Source: Hydrolagus affinis
Taxonomy: Eukaryota
DNA: 64,000 nt
Reading direction: 5' to 3'
Assembly (NCBI GenBank): GCA_012026655.1
Contig: JAAILG010000320.1
Coordinates: 1 to 64,000 of the forward strand
The notes under the pieces were generated by a model. The model was given only the letters and a program-made list of their open reading frames with translations. It was not told the origin of the DNA and searched no databases. Position numbers and translations under genes: made by a program. This document shows, piece by piece, positions 26,180 through 39,742 of the stretch (position 1 is its first letter; each line of letters starts with the position of its first letter).

Positions 26180-28648
26180 AGATGTCCAATAGGACAATTT
26201 ATTAGCATGCATAGCTCAAACTATTGTATAGTGTGTCAATTCCTAATTGGAAATTAAGAATGACATTCACTTCAACGGTATGATCAGTCTCAGACATGAT
26301 TAATCACTGAAGGCAGCCTTCAACTGAAAGAGTTGAAAGTTATTGGTCTCTACAGTAGCCAAAGTCAGATGTATAAAAGTGCTGAATTCAAAACATAAAT
26401 ATGCTGAAATAGCCTCTACTTCATTTTGCAGAATCTATACAATGCAGTGCAAAAAGAGTGTAAACATTGTGTTGTTTTTTGAACGAAAAATGAACAATCG
26501 TTTAGCACTGTTTTGTAGGGAGTTACTTATGTCATTGTTTATTCCACGGATCATCATAGTAAACACTGCTCTACTATATAAATAAATTAACAGCACCTTT
26601 TGAAAAAGTAAAAAAAAAATCTTGTATATCATAAAGTTGTAGGAAAGACACACGTGCAACGAAAGCAGAGGTTTTCCACTATAGGAACAATCATGCAAAC
26701 AACAAGGAGTTTCAGAGACTGATACATTATGTTTAATCTATACAGATGGAGACACCCACATGGGCACTAAACTTCATTAAAATGTAAGTCTTTTCAGAAA
26801 TCTTTAGAAAATATTTGCAGTCTACAAACTGTGTAGATACAATAATGTGTGTTTTTTTTATTGAACTTAGTGATGTAGCACATATCTTCTGGAAGAAATA
26901 AGGTCGAGTGATGTTAAAAATATTCCACAACATACTTGTAAAATGGCTACAAAGGCATTGTAGGTAACAGTCCACAAACGTAATATTTGGTCAGTAACAA
27001 GTTTTGACCCACATGAGAGAAGATAAATCTGCCCGGCAGTATTGTATTTAAGAGGCTTGATTTGTGACAGTGTGTTCTCATTACCCACAGTCTTTTGTTT
27101 CCCAGCAATACGCATGCAATGAGTTGATTAGTTCTCGGTTGGATGAGCCACGTAGGAAAGGGAAGGAGGTGAGAAAAAAAGAGGGAAGGACACAGGTGAT
27201 TCATATCATCCAATAGTACATCTCTCAACAAACCATGTACAATCACTTCTTCACTCTCCAGCATTTTTCCTCCCACCAAGATTTAAAAAATCCTGACAAT
27301 GCAAGACTTTTTTTTAAAAAAAATGGAAATTGCTAGATTGGTGAAGGTTAGGAATCATTTACATTTTAAGTACAGATTAGAGCGTGTGTCTGGCATGTTT
27401 AATGGTTTAGTCAAGTGCATTACAGAAATGAGCTTTCCCTACAAAAATATCTCAATACCAAAGGAAAGCCACCAAACCTAAGACACACTGGGACCTATAG
27501 ACTTTGTGAAGTAAAATTCAACTGTTCAAACCAAATTATATTTCCTTAAAGTCCTTTAACTTGCCAATTTTAGATCCAGTTTTAGCTTAGCAAAGTTACA
27601 ATAATCCAAACACTGACATGCTGGAAGTACATTTAGCTATTCAGCTTTAGCACTGGCCTTAGACCAAAGGCCTACTAATAAATACACAAATAAATTAAAA
27701 AAATTATGGATCTTCCTACAGGTAGTTTGAAAGCACTGAGAAATAAAGAGTGTGAAGAACTAAACAGTTTTCAGGAATATGAGTAAACAAGCTTGCAGAA
27801 GTTAATTTAAAAACTACGCTGTCCCCATTGGGCCACCTTTCAGTATTTCAGTAGTACTCAACCATTAGTATTTTTGTGGGGGGGAAAAAATTACTGTTTC
27901 AATATTTACTGGTTTCTAGTGGTTTCTAGCATCTATGACTACAACTATATACAAATATTGAATGATTAGGCTCAACATCACCCATGTCTATCAATCACAG
28001 CAGAGTCTGCCATATACAGTAATTAAAATGTTTCCAGGTTGCCAAAATAAGCTTTGAAATTCATGATCAGTTTGGTTATTTTTTAATGGTAGTGAAACCC
28101 TGCCGATTATAAACCGGGCAAAAAGAGGATGTGGCCTGATTGATGGTTTCTTGAGAAATGGAAAAAATATAAAAGGACACATGAAATTCTGATTGATCTA
28201 ACATAAATATCTGCACTAAGTTCATTTACGGAGGCCACATCAACTTAAAACAAATCTAAATCAGGTTCAAGCAATGGTTGGGACTGTCGGTAGTAGTATT
28301 TTCAAAATAATTACAAATTGAGTTTTGCAATAAACTTACTGAGGGAATCTGCTGACATATACTGTCTATTTTCTGCAAATGAGAAAGTACATTCCTATAA
28401 TGCACTGCATATGAAATTGTAGGTGAATCTGTTTTAAAATGTCTAGTTTCAGAAGGAATGAGATTTGAAAGTTTCTCCATCGAGGGGGATTTCAAACAAT
28501 TTAGTAAGTTGGAAATTTGACCACCAGAAACCAATATTGTGTTTTCATGATTGTTTCAAAGCTGTACAGCAAGATGTCCAAAAGATGTAGGTAGTTTGTG
28601 CCAAACTTCTGATCACACATTGAGAATACAGTGTCAAGGTGCAAAAAC
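26180..28648 (-). other. ZFPM1: Putative ZFPM1 3' UTR (about 2.5 kb)
   Basis: AU-rich stretch with no recognised repeats between the stop codon and the poly(A) signal; other AATAAA at about 26538 and 26857. Confidence 0.55.
26198..26203 (-). terminator. Probable ZFPM1 polyadenylation signal
   Basis: AATAAA on minus, followed about 40-80 nt later by a GU/U-rich tract (TTTGTCTGTG...TTTTGTTTGTAGTGTGTG). Confidence 0.55.
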
Positions 28649-31170
28649 TCATTTAACATGTTCTGAAGTGTGAGAAGAACAGTAATACTTCTTGTGAGCT
28701 ATAAAGGTGGACAAACTGCTGAATTTGATGTTGCACAAGCGACAGAATCTGTGGTTTCCATTCTGCACAGGGCTTGGGAGAGACATTGCTGTCTGAACAG
28801 ATTTGTCTACATTAACGGGTGAGATGGGCAATTTGTCCACATTAACAGGTGGGACGGGTGATTTGGAGCCTGGATCTGTGGGAACATCAGGCACAGGGGA
28901 GATTTTCACAACTTTAGGGGAGGCAGTCAGTATAGGTTTAAGAGACATGTTCTGCAACGGGTTTTCACTCGATGACTGGGATGAGACAGATTCTCTTTGA
29001 TCTTTGGCATTCAAGATGTTCTTCTGAATCTGAGTGCCTGGCTGAAGAGATGAGGCAGGAATTTTAGAATTGTGAGGGCTGCTTTCAGAAATATTGTTTG
29101 TCTGGTGTTTGCCTTGTGATGGAGTGTCCATCATATTGCTCTCGGCTGTATGCCCAGTTGAAGTCTGTTTGGTCAACAGCAAGCCATGAACAAGTTTAAA
29201 ATGTTCAATAAGGTCTCCTTCAATAGGTCCATTAAGTGGACAGTAAGGGCAAACTACTGGAGTACATTGGGGTGCTGGGAAGGACTTAATGTGAGGGGAC
29301 AACTGAGGTCTATCTTGCAAAACCTCTGCACTGTAGTGATATACCCCTGGAGAATTATTTGGAGTAATATACGGATGGGCCAAGTGTGGACTTTCTGGAA
29401 CACATTTAGCATTTACATTTTTTTTGTTCAATTCCTCGGATTGCATAGGAGGGTCTGCAACATCCGTCTTGTTGCTCTTTCTGGGTTTCACTGAAGCAGT
29501 GGCTTGTATCTTTCCTCTGGCAAGATGTTCCACGTTACTGTGCAGAACTGCCGTAGCGGGGCAATAGTACTTCTTATGGGCAAGGTAGTTTTCGACATTG
29601 TTGAAACTGATTTTGCAGGAGGTACATTCATGATAGTCCGTCAAAATATTGGGGGCTGGAACTAATGGTGGAGTGTGGACTCTTCCAGGTTCTTCCTGAA
29701 TGCGGGATTTTTTGCTGAGATCAATGGGTCCATCTACATCCGAACTGGAGCCCGGCGATGAAGTTGCACTAGATCGAGTTAACATGTAACCCGTTGACAC
29801 AGAGAGAGCATCAGTAGACTTTGAAGAGATCAGCAAAGATTCTTGCTTTATTTTTACAGCTTCTGCATTGTTGGGCAGCCTGCTGCTTTGAAGCACGGCT
29901 GCTGAAGGGCTTTGGATGGACACTTCATTTGCAGGAGGTGGGGGCAGGGGCTGATGTCCGACGCCGTGGATCTCGTACAACTTTCTACGTTTGCGAGTGC
30001 GTACGTTTTGCTGGAGGAATGGCACTTTCCCACTGTTTGGCCTTCGAGGAGGAGGGTCGTGTCTGGAAGCACAGTAGAAACGCTTGTGCACCACATAGGT
30101 TTCATGTCGGGTGAACCTTATATTGCAAGCTTCACACACAGTCCTGTTGGGGTCGTCTTCTACGTCGTCGAGGGAGTTGCTTGGACTCTGGCTACCTTCA
30201 CTGACTCTACTGAGGCTGTCTCCTTCGGACGAGGTGTCCTTTGTGACATTCTCCTCCGTTTTGATTTCCGGCGGTTTAACGTCTACAGTTGCTTCTGGAT
30301 CAGTCTGAGAAGATGAAGCCTGCTGATTTTCGACGACGAGAGGTGCAGGACTAGGAGACTCCTGGTCAGCAATGTTGGGAGGTGCTGAGAGTTTGGTAGA
30401 CTCAACAGTGGTGTTGTCTGGCTGCTGGTGCCTGCTGGAACAATATAGCCGTTTGTGTACCAAGTAGTTGTTGACGTTATTGAACGTAATGTCACACTCG
30501 TAGCAGGTTGCTCCTTTTTGAATGGGGGCACCCGCATAAAGCAGCGGGTAATTATTCACCCCTTGCTTCAGTCTGCTGTGAACCAACTCCGACATTTTGG
30601 CTAGGATTTCTGAAGCTTGTGGAAACGTGGAAGTTTCGTGACTGAACATGTACGGTATTAGCACGGTTCCTTCCGGCATCACCGAGGCTGCCCCATAATT
30701 GACCGGACTGGAGGCCGGTGTCGGGCTTGAGCGCTCGGACTTCACTTTGATCACAGGCGTGTTCCTCGGAGACGAGGCGCTGGAGGAATTATCAGTGGTC
30801 GGATTTGCCGGACCTTCCACGGTCTTCTCACTCTCACTCTCACATTGGGAATGTACACCTCTCTGAGGCTCCTCTTTGATTTTCACAGCTCGAATGACTT
30901 CCTCAGGAACTTCTTTTCTGGAAGCTGGAGTGCCCCGCTCATCTGTGCCCTTTGCTTCCTCTGTACTGTGCTGAGATTCACTAGCTTGGTGTCCCTCCAT
31001 GTGCTTGGCTAGCTCAGTTGCGCTTCTCAAATGCCTGTGGCATTGACTGCACTGGAGTGCACCTTGTACGAGATGCAGTGAGCTGTGCTGCTGCAAGCTT
31101 GATTCGGAATCACCAACGAACTCACACTTGCTGCACTTCAGGCTTGCGGAAGGATCTGCGACCTGCAAAC
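28649..31170 (-). CDS. ZFPM1: FOG1 terminal coding exon (exon 10 by homology)
   Basis: Acceptor ttcatctcag|GT (phase 1); 839-aa ORF with four CCHC FOG fingers, three C2H2 fingers, PQASEILAKMSELVHSRL, basic RTRKRRK, CtBP motif PIDLS (29714-29728), ending SSHTSEHVK-stop. Confidence 0.96.
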
Positions 31171-31382
31171 CTGAGATGAACAGAGATAAAAGAAAATAAA
31201 CTAAATGTTGATGCTAAAATTGTTCATCCATGTTTTGCAATGAACATGAAGCACACACGCATCTGTCTCTTATAAAGTATTTCTTGTTAAGTTACATTCA
31301 CTCTACGAACAAAAATGGTGATTTGCACAGAAAATGCAGCATGTATACAAGACACATGCCACAGTGTGCTTCTCTTTCTTAC

Positions 31383-31511
31383 CTGATAAAGGAGGGACAA
31401 GGGAGTATAAGTCACCCTTTGCACCTGGCTGGCAGGCCATGTGATTGGTAACCAGATGAGTGTACAGGATTTCTCTTGTGGTTGCGACAAATCCACAGCC
31501 CTGACAAACAC
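31383..31511 (-). CDS. ZFPM1: FOG1 exon 9 (C2H2 finger 4)
   Basis: gacacag|GT...TCAG|gtaaga, 129 nt, phase 1-1; VCQGCGFVATTREILYTHLVTNHMACQPG matches FOG1 finger 4. Confidence 0.93.
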
Positions 31512-31841
31512 CTGTGTCAAACCACACAATAATCTTAGTGCTGTCTGTTTGTCATCCACTCTCTCACACCTAGATCTTTGAGGAGCGAGGGGCCACATCA
31601 TCACCCCACCCATCCATCTCAGGATTGCCTCCTGCACTAAACTAAGATTATGCACCTAATAAACTGGCAAATCATGAGCCTATTGGCGGATTTGCTGGGA
31701 GAACCAGGATAAAGCAATATAACCAGTATATTAGGACTTAATGGCTCATCAAATCACCTAGAATTCCTTACTGATACCTAAAAAGATCTATTATGTTAGC
31801 AATCTGGGTTAATAATCCTAATATATTATTACTGGGTAATT

Positions 31842-31855
31842 ACAGTAGGTGGCAG
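31842..31855 (+). promoter_or_regulatory. Candidate CTCF site
   Basis: ACAGTAGGTGGCAG, one mismatch to the consensus. Confidence 0.35.
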
Positions 31856-31869
31856 AATGGGCTCAATAA

Positions 31870-32070
31870 TAGGATGATTCAATACCACAGCAAAGAAACA
31901 GGCCATTTGGCCCATCTGGCATTTTTCTCCATGTGAGTAATTCAATCTAATTTCAATCTCCTGCTTGTCGCACACATCCTTTAATACTCCTCTTTTCAAG
32001 TGTCCATGTAAAAGAATCTCTAGATTGATGATTTGTGGAATGGAATTTCACATTCCAACCCTCCTTGATG
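31870..32070 (-). mobile_element. Decayed CR1-like 3' end
   Basis: CAGCAAAGAAACAGGCCATTTGGCCCATC...GAATTTCACATTCCAACC resembles an antisense CR1 tail. Confidence 0.45.
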
Positions 32071-34395
32071 CGTATACTGTAGCAAAGTCTACACAGTACA
32101 GTAAGAAACATCCGTCTCTAAAGTTATTTATATTGCACTGCACTCATTACATTGGCATTCTTGCCTTTCATATTTGCAGTCAAGCTTGCTATTTGAGAGC
32201 CCACTGAACGTTTGAGATACAGTTACAGCAGCTGACTTATTGCTTAGAGATTCTGAGAACCACACTGAGAACTTTTTAATCGATTCAATCTTTATAACAT
32301 TGCCAACGGATTTTTTTTTTGTCCTTGGACTTTTATCTGAAGGAGCACATTGGGATGTAGACTATCCTTACCTCTTCTCAGACTCCAGTGATGACTGAAC
32401 ATACTATTCTGGCCCATCCATCTTAGTGACATGGTAATAAAACTAACAAATTCTGTCTGGGTCTAAAATCACCCCTTCGTAGTCTAACAGAGGGAATGAA
32501 TGCCAAATTTTTCGACACATGAAAATCCATCATCATGCTTAAAGAGTATCCAAACCCAAAAGAGTTCAAAAGATGCAAATGTAAACCTCCACTCAATGAA
32601 ACTACTTACATTTCCATCAGAGTTTCCATTGTCTATCATAACTAGCAATAGTAAAATTCTAGTTGTATTAAAATTAAATACCTCTAGTGTTTTTATAGCT
32701 GCAAAAAGAATCTCTTGCAAATAACTGGATATGCACATCTGTTGTAGCATGTGTTACATTGATCACCTTGAGGAACCTCTTCTGTGATGCACTCGGGAGT
32801 AGATCACACTGAGGGGAAGGCCCGCAGATCATTTGCTCACTTGCAAGAATTACTGGACACAAGTATAAATGTTCTCTAACCAACATATCCAGCAATTTTG
32901 ATTGTATTGCAAAATCCCATAACTAAGTGCAGACTGCCTACAAACGACAGTGACTAAACTTTACACAAACTCTTGTGAAGTGCTTGAAGTCATTTGGAGG
33001 GATAAGGCACAATACACAGAGCAATTAAAATGTGGTTCCTGCGCTGAGACGATGCATTTTCCCATCACCAATAGACTGCACTAGGTAATTGGGCAAAGGT
33101 CCAAGATGTGAGAGTAATCCCAGCACTTTATACATAGCAGGAAACTAGGTCAGGCTCATTCCTCACACTGGCCAATGAATAAATGCAACTGAAGTAAAGC
33201 CGTCTTTTTACCCTAGGGTAAAACTGACTAAATCCACTGTCGTTTCAATCCTGGTGAACAGAGGAGAGACTGCATATGACTTTAAACATACATGTGCACA
33301 ACTCTCCTTCCTCTGAGCACAAAGATAACACTGGCTCAGTAAATCCTCACTGTTTTCAACCCTGCAGCTTATATTAAAAAAAAAGCACTACCTTTCCCAG
33401 ACAATTCATTTTAAGAAGACTAACTGCTGCGGCTAATGTTATGTGGAGATTCAGTCGATAGCAACTTTGCTGATTTCTACATCCGCAGCTTGGCACTAGC
33501 AACAACGCTTTGTGTGACAATTTAGGACAACTGTCAAAAGTGGGGCAGTGGGTGGTTATTTGGGGGCAAAGTGGGGGATAGGCAAAACATGACAGAATAT
33601 TAGACCTTACCATGTATGAATGAAGACATCAACAAATCAATGACGAACACTACAATCTCCAGCTTCCAGGCACATGTGGTATATATGGAACCTTTCCAAG
33701 GTAAACCAGCAATTCTCAGTATATAAATTCATCATTTGTGCACATGTAATCACTTCATCTCAAACATGTGTTCAGAATACTCCAGGCCATCTCTCCCGAC
33801 TTTATGCAATATAAACAGTGATACTGCATTGAACTATTAAGATTCCTTAGAGCCAAATGCTTCTAGAAAGTGCTGTTCTAAAAAGCTTTTGATCGAAGAC
33901 AGAGCTGTTGTTTTGGTGAGGAAATTCCATGCCACCCAACACTCAAACTTGGGCAAAAGCTTCCAAGGCTTTTAGACATAAGAAGTCCAATTACATATAT
34001 ACAAGTGATGCAGAATGTTCCCACAAAAAGTCTGTGATTTTAACTTACTAGAAACATGGTACTCTGTTTTTTTTAAAAAAAAACACTATTTCCATAGGAT
34101 TTAATTAGAAGAAAACTAGACAGTAACTGATCACAATATTTGTATGATTTTCTTCTTATTTTCAGTCCTTAATCTCAACCGAGTGTATCAGAGACTGGTA
34201 AATACTGATTAGCACTGGTATCTGAGTATTTGCTTAGTGACTGAAGAGAAGTACATTTAAGGGGACCAATGAGCCAAATAGTGCCCTATATTCTGAACAA
34301 GTCACTACACGAGTAAGCAGTATATTAGACATGGGATAGATTACAAACTAAGAGTGCCTTACAGCTGAAATCTTGGGGTTTAAAAAATAAATTAC

Positions 34396-34491
34396 CATTC
34401 AGTGAGTCCGTGTGTACTTTCAGGTGTCGTTCACAGTTTGCCTTTGTTGTAAACGCTGACAGACAGATTAGACACACAAAAGGCCTTTCAC
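34396..34491 (-). CDS. ZFPM1: FOG1 exon 8 (C2H2 finger 3)
   Basis: gctcag|GT...AATG|gtaat, 96 nt; GERPFVCLICLSAFTTKANCERHLKVHTD, essentially identical to mammalian FOG1. Confidence 0.96.
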
Positions 34492-36789
34492 CTGAGCACA
34501 ATAAGATAACATACATCAGTCTGAAAGTTAGGGTGGATGATTAAAAACTGAAAATGATTATTCTGTGGGAGGATTGGGGGGGAAAGCGACAATGCAGATG
34601 ACTCTGTCTGTACCCACCACCTCTGCCTATTCACTCTCTATTTAAATGAAGATAGTGTGGTGAATGAGCAGGTGAATGAGCCAATAGGTACCTTGACACC
34701 CTGGGCAGTGTACAAATTAGTCACTTTGTGCTAGAGTAAGGTGTGCTTACAGGTGTCTGATTTCTCCTACCTCTATGATAGTACTTTGTGAAACTGTCAA
34801 TTAGCATGAACTTTCTTATTTGAACTTTCAAGAGCCATTGTAGGAGTTCTGCTGAACAGTTCCAGATCTTTGGCGAGGGAAGACTGCTCTTTCTACAATT
34901 GGGAGCATGGAAAAAACCAACTTCAATCACAGCCCATAAAATGGGACACTGCTTCATAATGGCAACAAATGAATAAAGGCACAAGCTCTATCTATCAAGA
35001 GCGCCTTGTAACAGTGTAACCCTGAACTTTTGGCTGGTGAAGCTTTTCTCAAATGTTTTCTCACCATCAGGAATTCCGTGGCATTTCCCCCGGGCTAGGG
35101 CCGAAGGTGATTGTGGCAACGTTTGCTACACTGATTGCTATCAACTAATCTCAGCAGATTCAAACCTGCAACTTTCTAGTTTGCAACCTTCATACTGCAC
35201 TGGCCAGGACGGTACGGCCTCTACCCACGAGGCTGTTAACAATTAAGTAAATGCAAAATGCCACATAATGTTCAAAAAAAGTAAAGCCTTTCAAAAGGAA
35301 TTTATCTTGAATTACAGAGCACAAAAATGCACTGGATCAAGGCAACGGAACAGAAACTGACTTAAAAATAAATACAACGGTAAATATAAAAAAAAGTTTC
35401 AATCTTGCAGCAGTGGTAAATAGTTTCAACTTGGAATCGCTATCACAGCAGAAAATGTCACTGATAATCAGATTAAATTCCAACTGAATCACAGGTACAT
35501 TGTGTAGGCGCATGAATCATAGGAGTAGATTGTAAAACTGTTTTCTATTAACTTTTAGAATCACACACAAAGCTTTTAGTAAAGTACAGGTTTTAGCATC
35601 TGCATTGACACCATATTACATTCATTATCTGGGTACTGGGTACCATATATGCTTTTGATTGATAAAGATATCGGTCATTTATAACAGGGACATTGCAAAA
35701 AAAAAAAGTTCCAAACATGTTTCGCTCAATGGTCTTTCCCCAGTAAAGAAAGTGTACACATAATACTTCAATGGGTACATTGCGAGCATCCCTCTAAATC
35801 TGTCTCTACCTGAACTTTTAAACATTTGACTACATTTACATGGCTTTTGCATACAGGCAGAGGAGATTCTCAACCAAAAAAGGTCAACACCACACAATGT
35901 GACTTTTTGTACAGAAGGATGTAATGGAAAGCAGTAACGCAAGAATTTGATTTTTACTCTTGGACAAAAGTAGATTAAATCACTGCACGCACCACTATCA
36001 TTCATAAAGTGCTGGGTTTTTTTTTACAGTGAAACTTCAGAATTGCAGAATGTGTACGCATCCACCCACATACAAATTCTGAGAAATCTGATTTCAAATC
36101 ATTGATTATTCATGCATGTTGAGACCATTTGCACTCTGGGAGAGATCAGATCAAATTGCTCTCGGCTGCTCAGGTAGGAACTTTTGCTCCCTATTAACTG
36201 CGCAATTTATTTGCTCTGGATCGATTTGAAGGATGAGCATTTGGATTAATTCAGGCTTTGAATTCAGCCTCACGGAAATTCTGATTATCCAAAACTCAAT
36301 TTGAATGGTTTAAACAAAATCGAATAAACCCAAGTTCAAAGACTAAAATTTAAATACAACAATTAATTGGTTACAAGCGGATCAATAAGCTCTCTCCGAC
36401 AGATACATACCAGGCATGGAATCAGATACCTCCACCGCCCACCCCTATTGACTACCACAACAATGGTTGTTAGATACTAAATCCTTCTTTCAGCTGTGAC
36501 AGAGATACAATTCAGTACAAATTAGCCACAAACCGATAAATGACAGGGTTATGATATCCTGTTTGCAGAAATTGTGAAGTATGTTCAAATGGAAGAGTCT
36601 TCCAACCTGGACTAAACTACAAATTATCAAAATATCCATACACTGGGTGAATTAAGTGCAATGTTTTAAGAAAAAGTTTCCATTTACCCTTGTTGTTTAC
36701 CAATTCGACGTAGCTAAATTCACTACAAGATGTTGGCTAGTGATTATTTTCATACTTTTTGTATCATTTCAAAGCTGAATTTGCTGATT

Positions 36790-37000
36790 TATGGAAACAT
36801 TTACTAGAGTATAATTAATATCGGAAGAGTTATAGGTTTAAACACCAAATATGAATTTAGGAAGTTTTGCTTTAGCCAGAGGGTAATTAATGACCGGAAA
36901 AAGTTGCCAGGAAGAGTGGTTGAGGCCAAAATACTGGACCCAAACCAATCTTGTGATGTTTGAAGCATTGGTAGCTTTAAGGGACAGGTGGGCCAGTATT
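36790..37000 (+). mobile_element. CR1 LINE 3' fragment
   Basis: AGGAAGTTTTGCTTTAGCCAGAGGGTAATTAATGACCGGAAAAAGTTGCCAGGAAGAGTGGTTGAGGCC is a decayed R.FFSQRV...WN.LP..VVEA motif. Confidence 0.7.
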
Positions 37001-38618
37001 AATGGACATCCAGGATTTTTGAAAGAATTCTAAAAAAAATCCGAGATTCACAAAAGTTTTCTTTGTAATTTTCAGCCTTTTTTTTTTAAAAAAAGAGTTG
37101 TTCTCGTAATTTTTTTTTTACCAAATTTCTATTGACATGAATATCAAAAACATTTGCTTTTTTCTGAATGTCTATCTGCCACCCTCTCCCGCTGTAGGAA
37201 GCAGACACATGTGCACGTCCAAATTGTCCCTCAAACAGCCAAAGAATGATTCCAAATGCTTTTCATTAAACTGATTAGAAAAATGAACACTCCAGCAGCC
37301 CAACCAAACAATAGCACAGAAACAGAGCAAGATTTCATCTTAGATGGCCAACACGATACCTTATAATAACGATATAATTTAAATTATAGCCCCTCCCTAC
37401 CTCCCTCCCTTCCTCCCTGATTTGGTTACCTACTCAAAGAATTCCAGTAGATTAGTAGAGCACAACTTATTGCTTGTAAAACTATTCTGTCTTGTTCCCG
37501 TGGTCTCTGCACTCTTTAGACTAACGTTGATAATATCTCACAAATGCTTTTAGGCATTTTACACACTACTGTATTCAATGCCCACACTACTTGCTTTGTG
37601 GAACATTGAAAGTGATGGTAACTTTGGCCAAGTTTTCTTGAGGACCATCACTCAGACACAGTCTATTATAGTTCGGGTGGTTTAACGGCCCAGGGGATTC
37701 ATAACACAAGATGTCTCTGCCTTTGAGGAGCACATGTGGGGTATAACACCACGGACATTCTTTCTGGACAGTTTCATGGATACTCATCTCTTCAGATGTG
37801 ATCTTCAGACTTTCCTCACCTCCCCTCACTCACCGACTCTGTGTCAAACTACACCAATGTGAGAAGCGCTAGTCGCTGTTGTTGTTACTAATAAGAGATT
37901 GAGAGAAGATCAGCAAATCTATAGCCACCTAAAGAGAGGGCACTATTTTGTAACTTCAAGTTGACCGGAGCCAGGAGAAAAGGCACCAGTATAAATCCCC
38001 ACCAGGAAGCCATCTCAGGCAACCTCACTTTATATTCGTTAATGCGAATATCCATTAAACTGCAATAGCCATTCAATGTGGGCCAAATACCGTCCCAATA
38101 TAATACATTTTGAGACAAACTGAGGTTCTATGATATTTTGTATCATACCAGAACATAACTATCTTAACCACATTTTTTGTTGTGTATATAATGTCCTATT
38201 ATAAAAACGTGCTAAAGATCTCATGCGAGGACATCAATAGAATTAGCAACCGTTTGGAACAAGTGTTTTTTATGCTGCTGAGGATCAAGGCTGTTTCGCT
38301 TACTGCCTCTAATGTTATCGTTGTGTGTCGAGAATAGAATTATAGTCAATCAATATCCTCAATGAGAGTTATCCTTCCACCTTCTATTAATATAGTGAAG
38401 TCAATTTGCATTATCCAATTCTTTTAGTTTCGGTTTCCAGGTGTGAAACAGTGGTGCACAATATACTGATTCCTATACAATGTAGCCTTGCTATAATGGA
38501 GCAGAAGTGAGATGAAAAATGGAATCCGTCCAATAAAATAATCAGAAACGACAGCACAAAAAAAAACAGGATCTAGTCCACAAAGCTGTTAAAGGTGTAG
38601 ATGTGAGGGACATCTTAC

Positions 38619-38843
38619 CGCTATGGCTACGCATGTGAATTTCCAGAGAGCTGGCGCTGGGGCAACTTTTGTTGCACTGCGGGAAAGGGCAGATGCGTTC
38701 GTGCGGTGATGGTTCCTTGGGTTTCTCCTCTGTGGGAATAGATAAGGGTTTTTGTCGGCTCGCACAGTAGTACATCAGGTGAGCTTGCAGATTCCGTTCG
38801 CTTCTGTACCAGATCCCACAGGATTTACAAGGAAAAATGTCCT
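38619..38843 (-). CDS. ZFPM1: FOG1 exon 7 (CCHC finger 1 and C2H2 finger 2)
   Basis: ttttcag|AG...AGCG|gtaag, 225 nt; [30 protein letters not shown]...[23 protein letters not shown]. Confidence 0.96.
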
Positions 38844-39742
38844 CTGAAAAACAAATTTGAAAAAACAAATTCAGAAAAGATTCTGTAACAGGGTGAAAAA
38901 ACACAACATGCACAACATTTCACGAGAAAGTAGATGAGAACAGGGCGCTGGCTTAAACCTTAAGACTTTCTCCTCCCAGTAAAATTTATGCTCCAATTTA
39001 AATAGGAAGGAAGGGCTGGGTTAAGTATTGTGCTTTTGAATCTGAGGTTTAATAGACCTCGCTTTGAATGGATCCCAGGGAAACACAACAGGCCCACAAG
39101 ACTGAGAAGATGTCAACACAACTAATGCTGGAAGATACCAATTGTTCAAAAAATAAAGTGGCGGTGGAGGGTGTTATGTACTGAAAGGCTGCCACTTCAG
39201 CCCATTCCTTTCTTCTCCTTCAAAGGTTTTTAAAATTCTAAAAGGACTAACATTGTGGTTAACATTCTCTCAGTGTGTTTCATGCGGAAAAGCAGAAATA
39301 AAACAGATGCCAACTTATTGGCTTGTTCAATCTGCTTGGTTAGTATGTTAGTATAACTCCTGCAATAAAAAAAGGGGCCTTACATAGGGAGGGAAGCCGA
39401 GAGACTCTCAAACATTAATTCAGTTTACTTGTCATAGGAATTTTCCTTTTTGTAGAATGTGAACACACCTACCCCCTTTCTAGGTCACTCCAGTTACCAA
39501 TTGCCTGGGAATCAATCAGCACGGAGGCACCAATAAAAATGAGACCCATTCTAAATGTTAAAGCCACAGACTGCTTTCCCACTGTGCGATACCACGACAG
39601 TCTTTTAACAGTCTGGTCATCTTAGCCTTTACCACCAAATTACAACAATGATTAAAGCTCAAAAAAAAGCGCAACTAGGAAGATGTTTTTAACATCGCAA
39701 TACTTAATGAGACCTAGTTTTTCTTGAAGCGCTGGAACTTAC

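Noticed and set aside
28803-30537. Antisense and alternative-frame ORFs overlapping the FOG1 last exon
   Set aside because: Expected shadows of a long coding exon; no recognisable domains.
31166-31168. TTG start of the 839-aa ORF
   Set aside because: Internal codon of a spliced exon; the acceptor AG is at 31171-31172.
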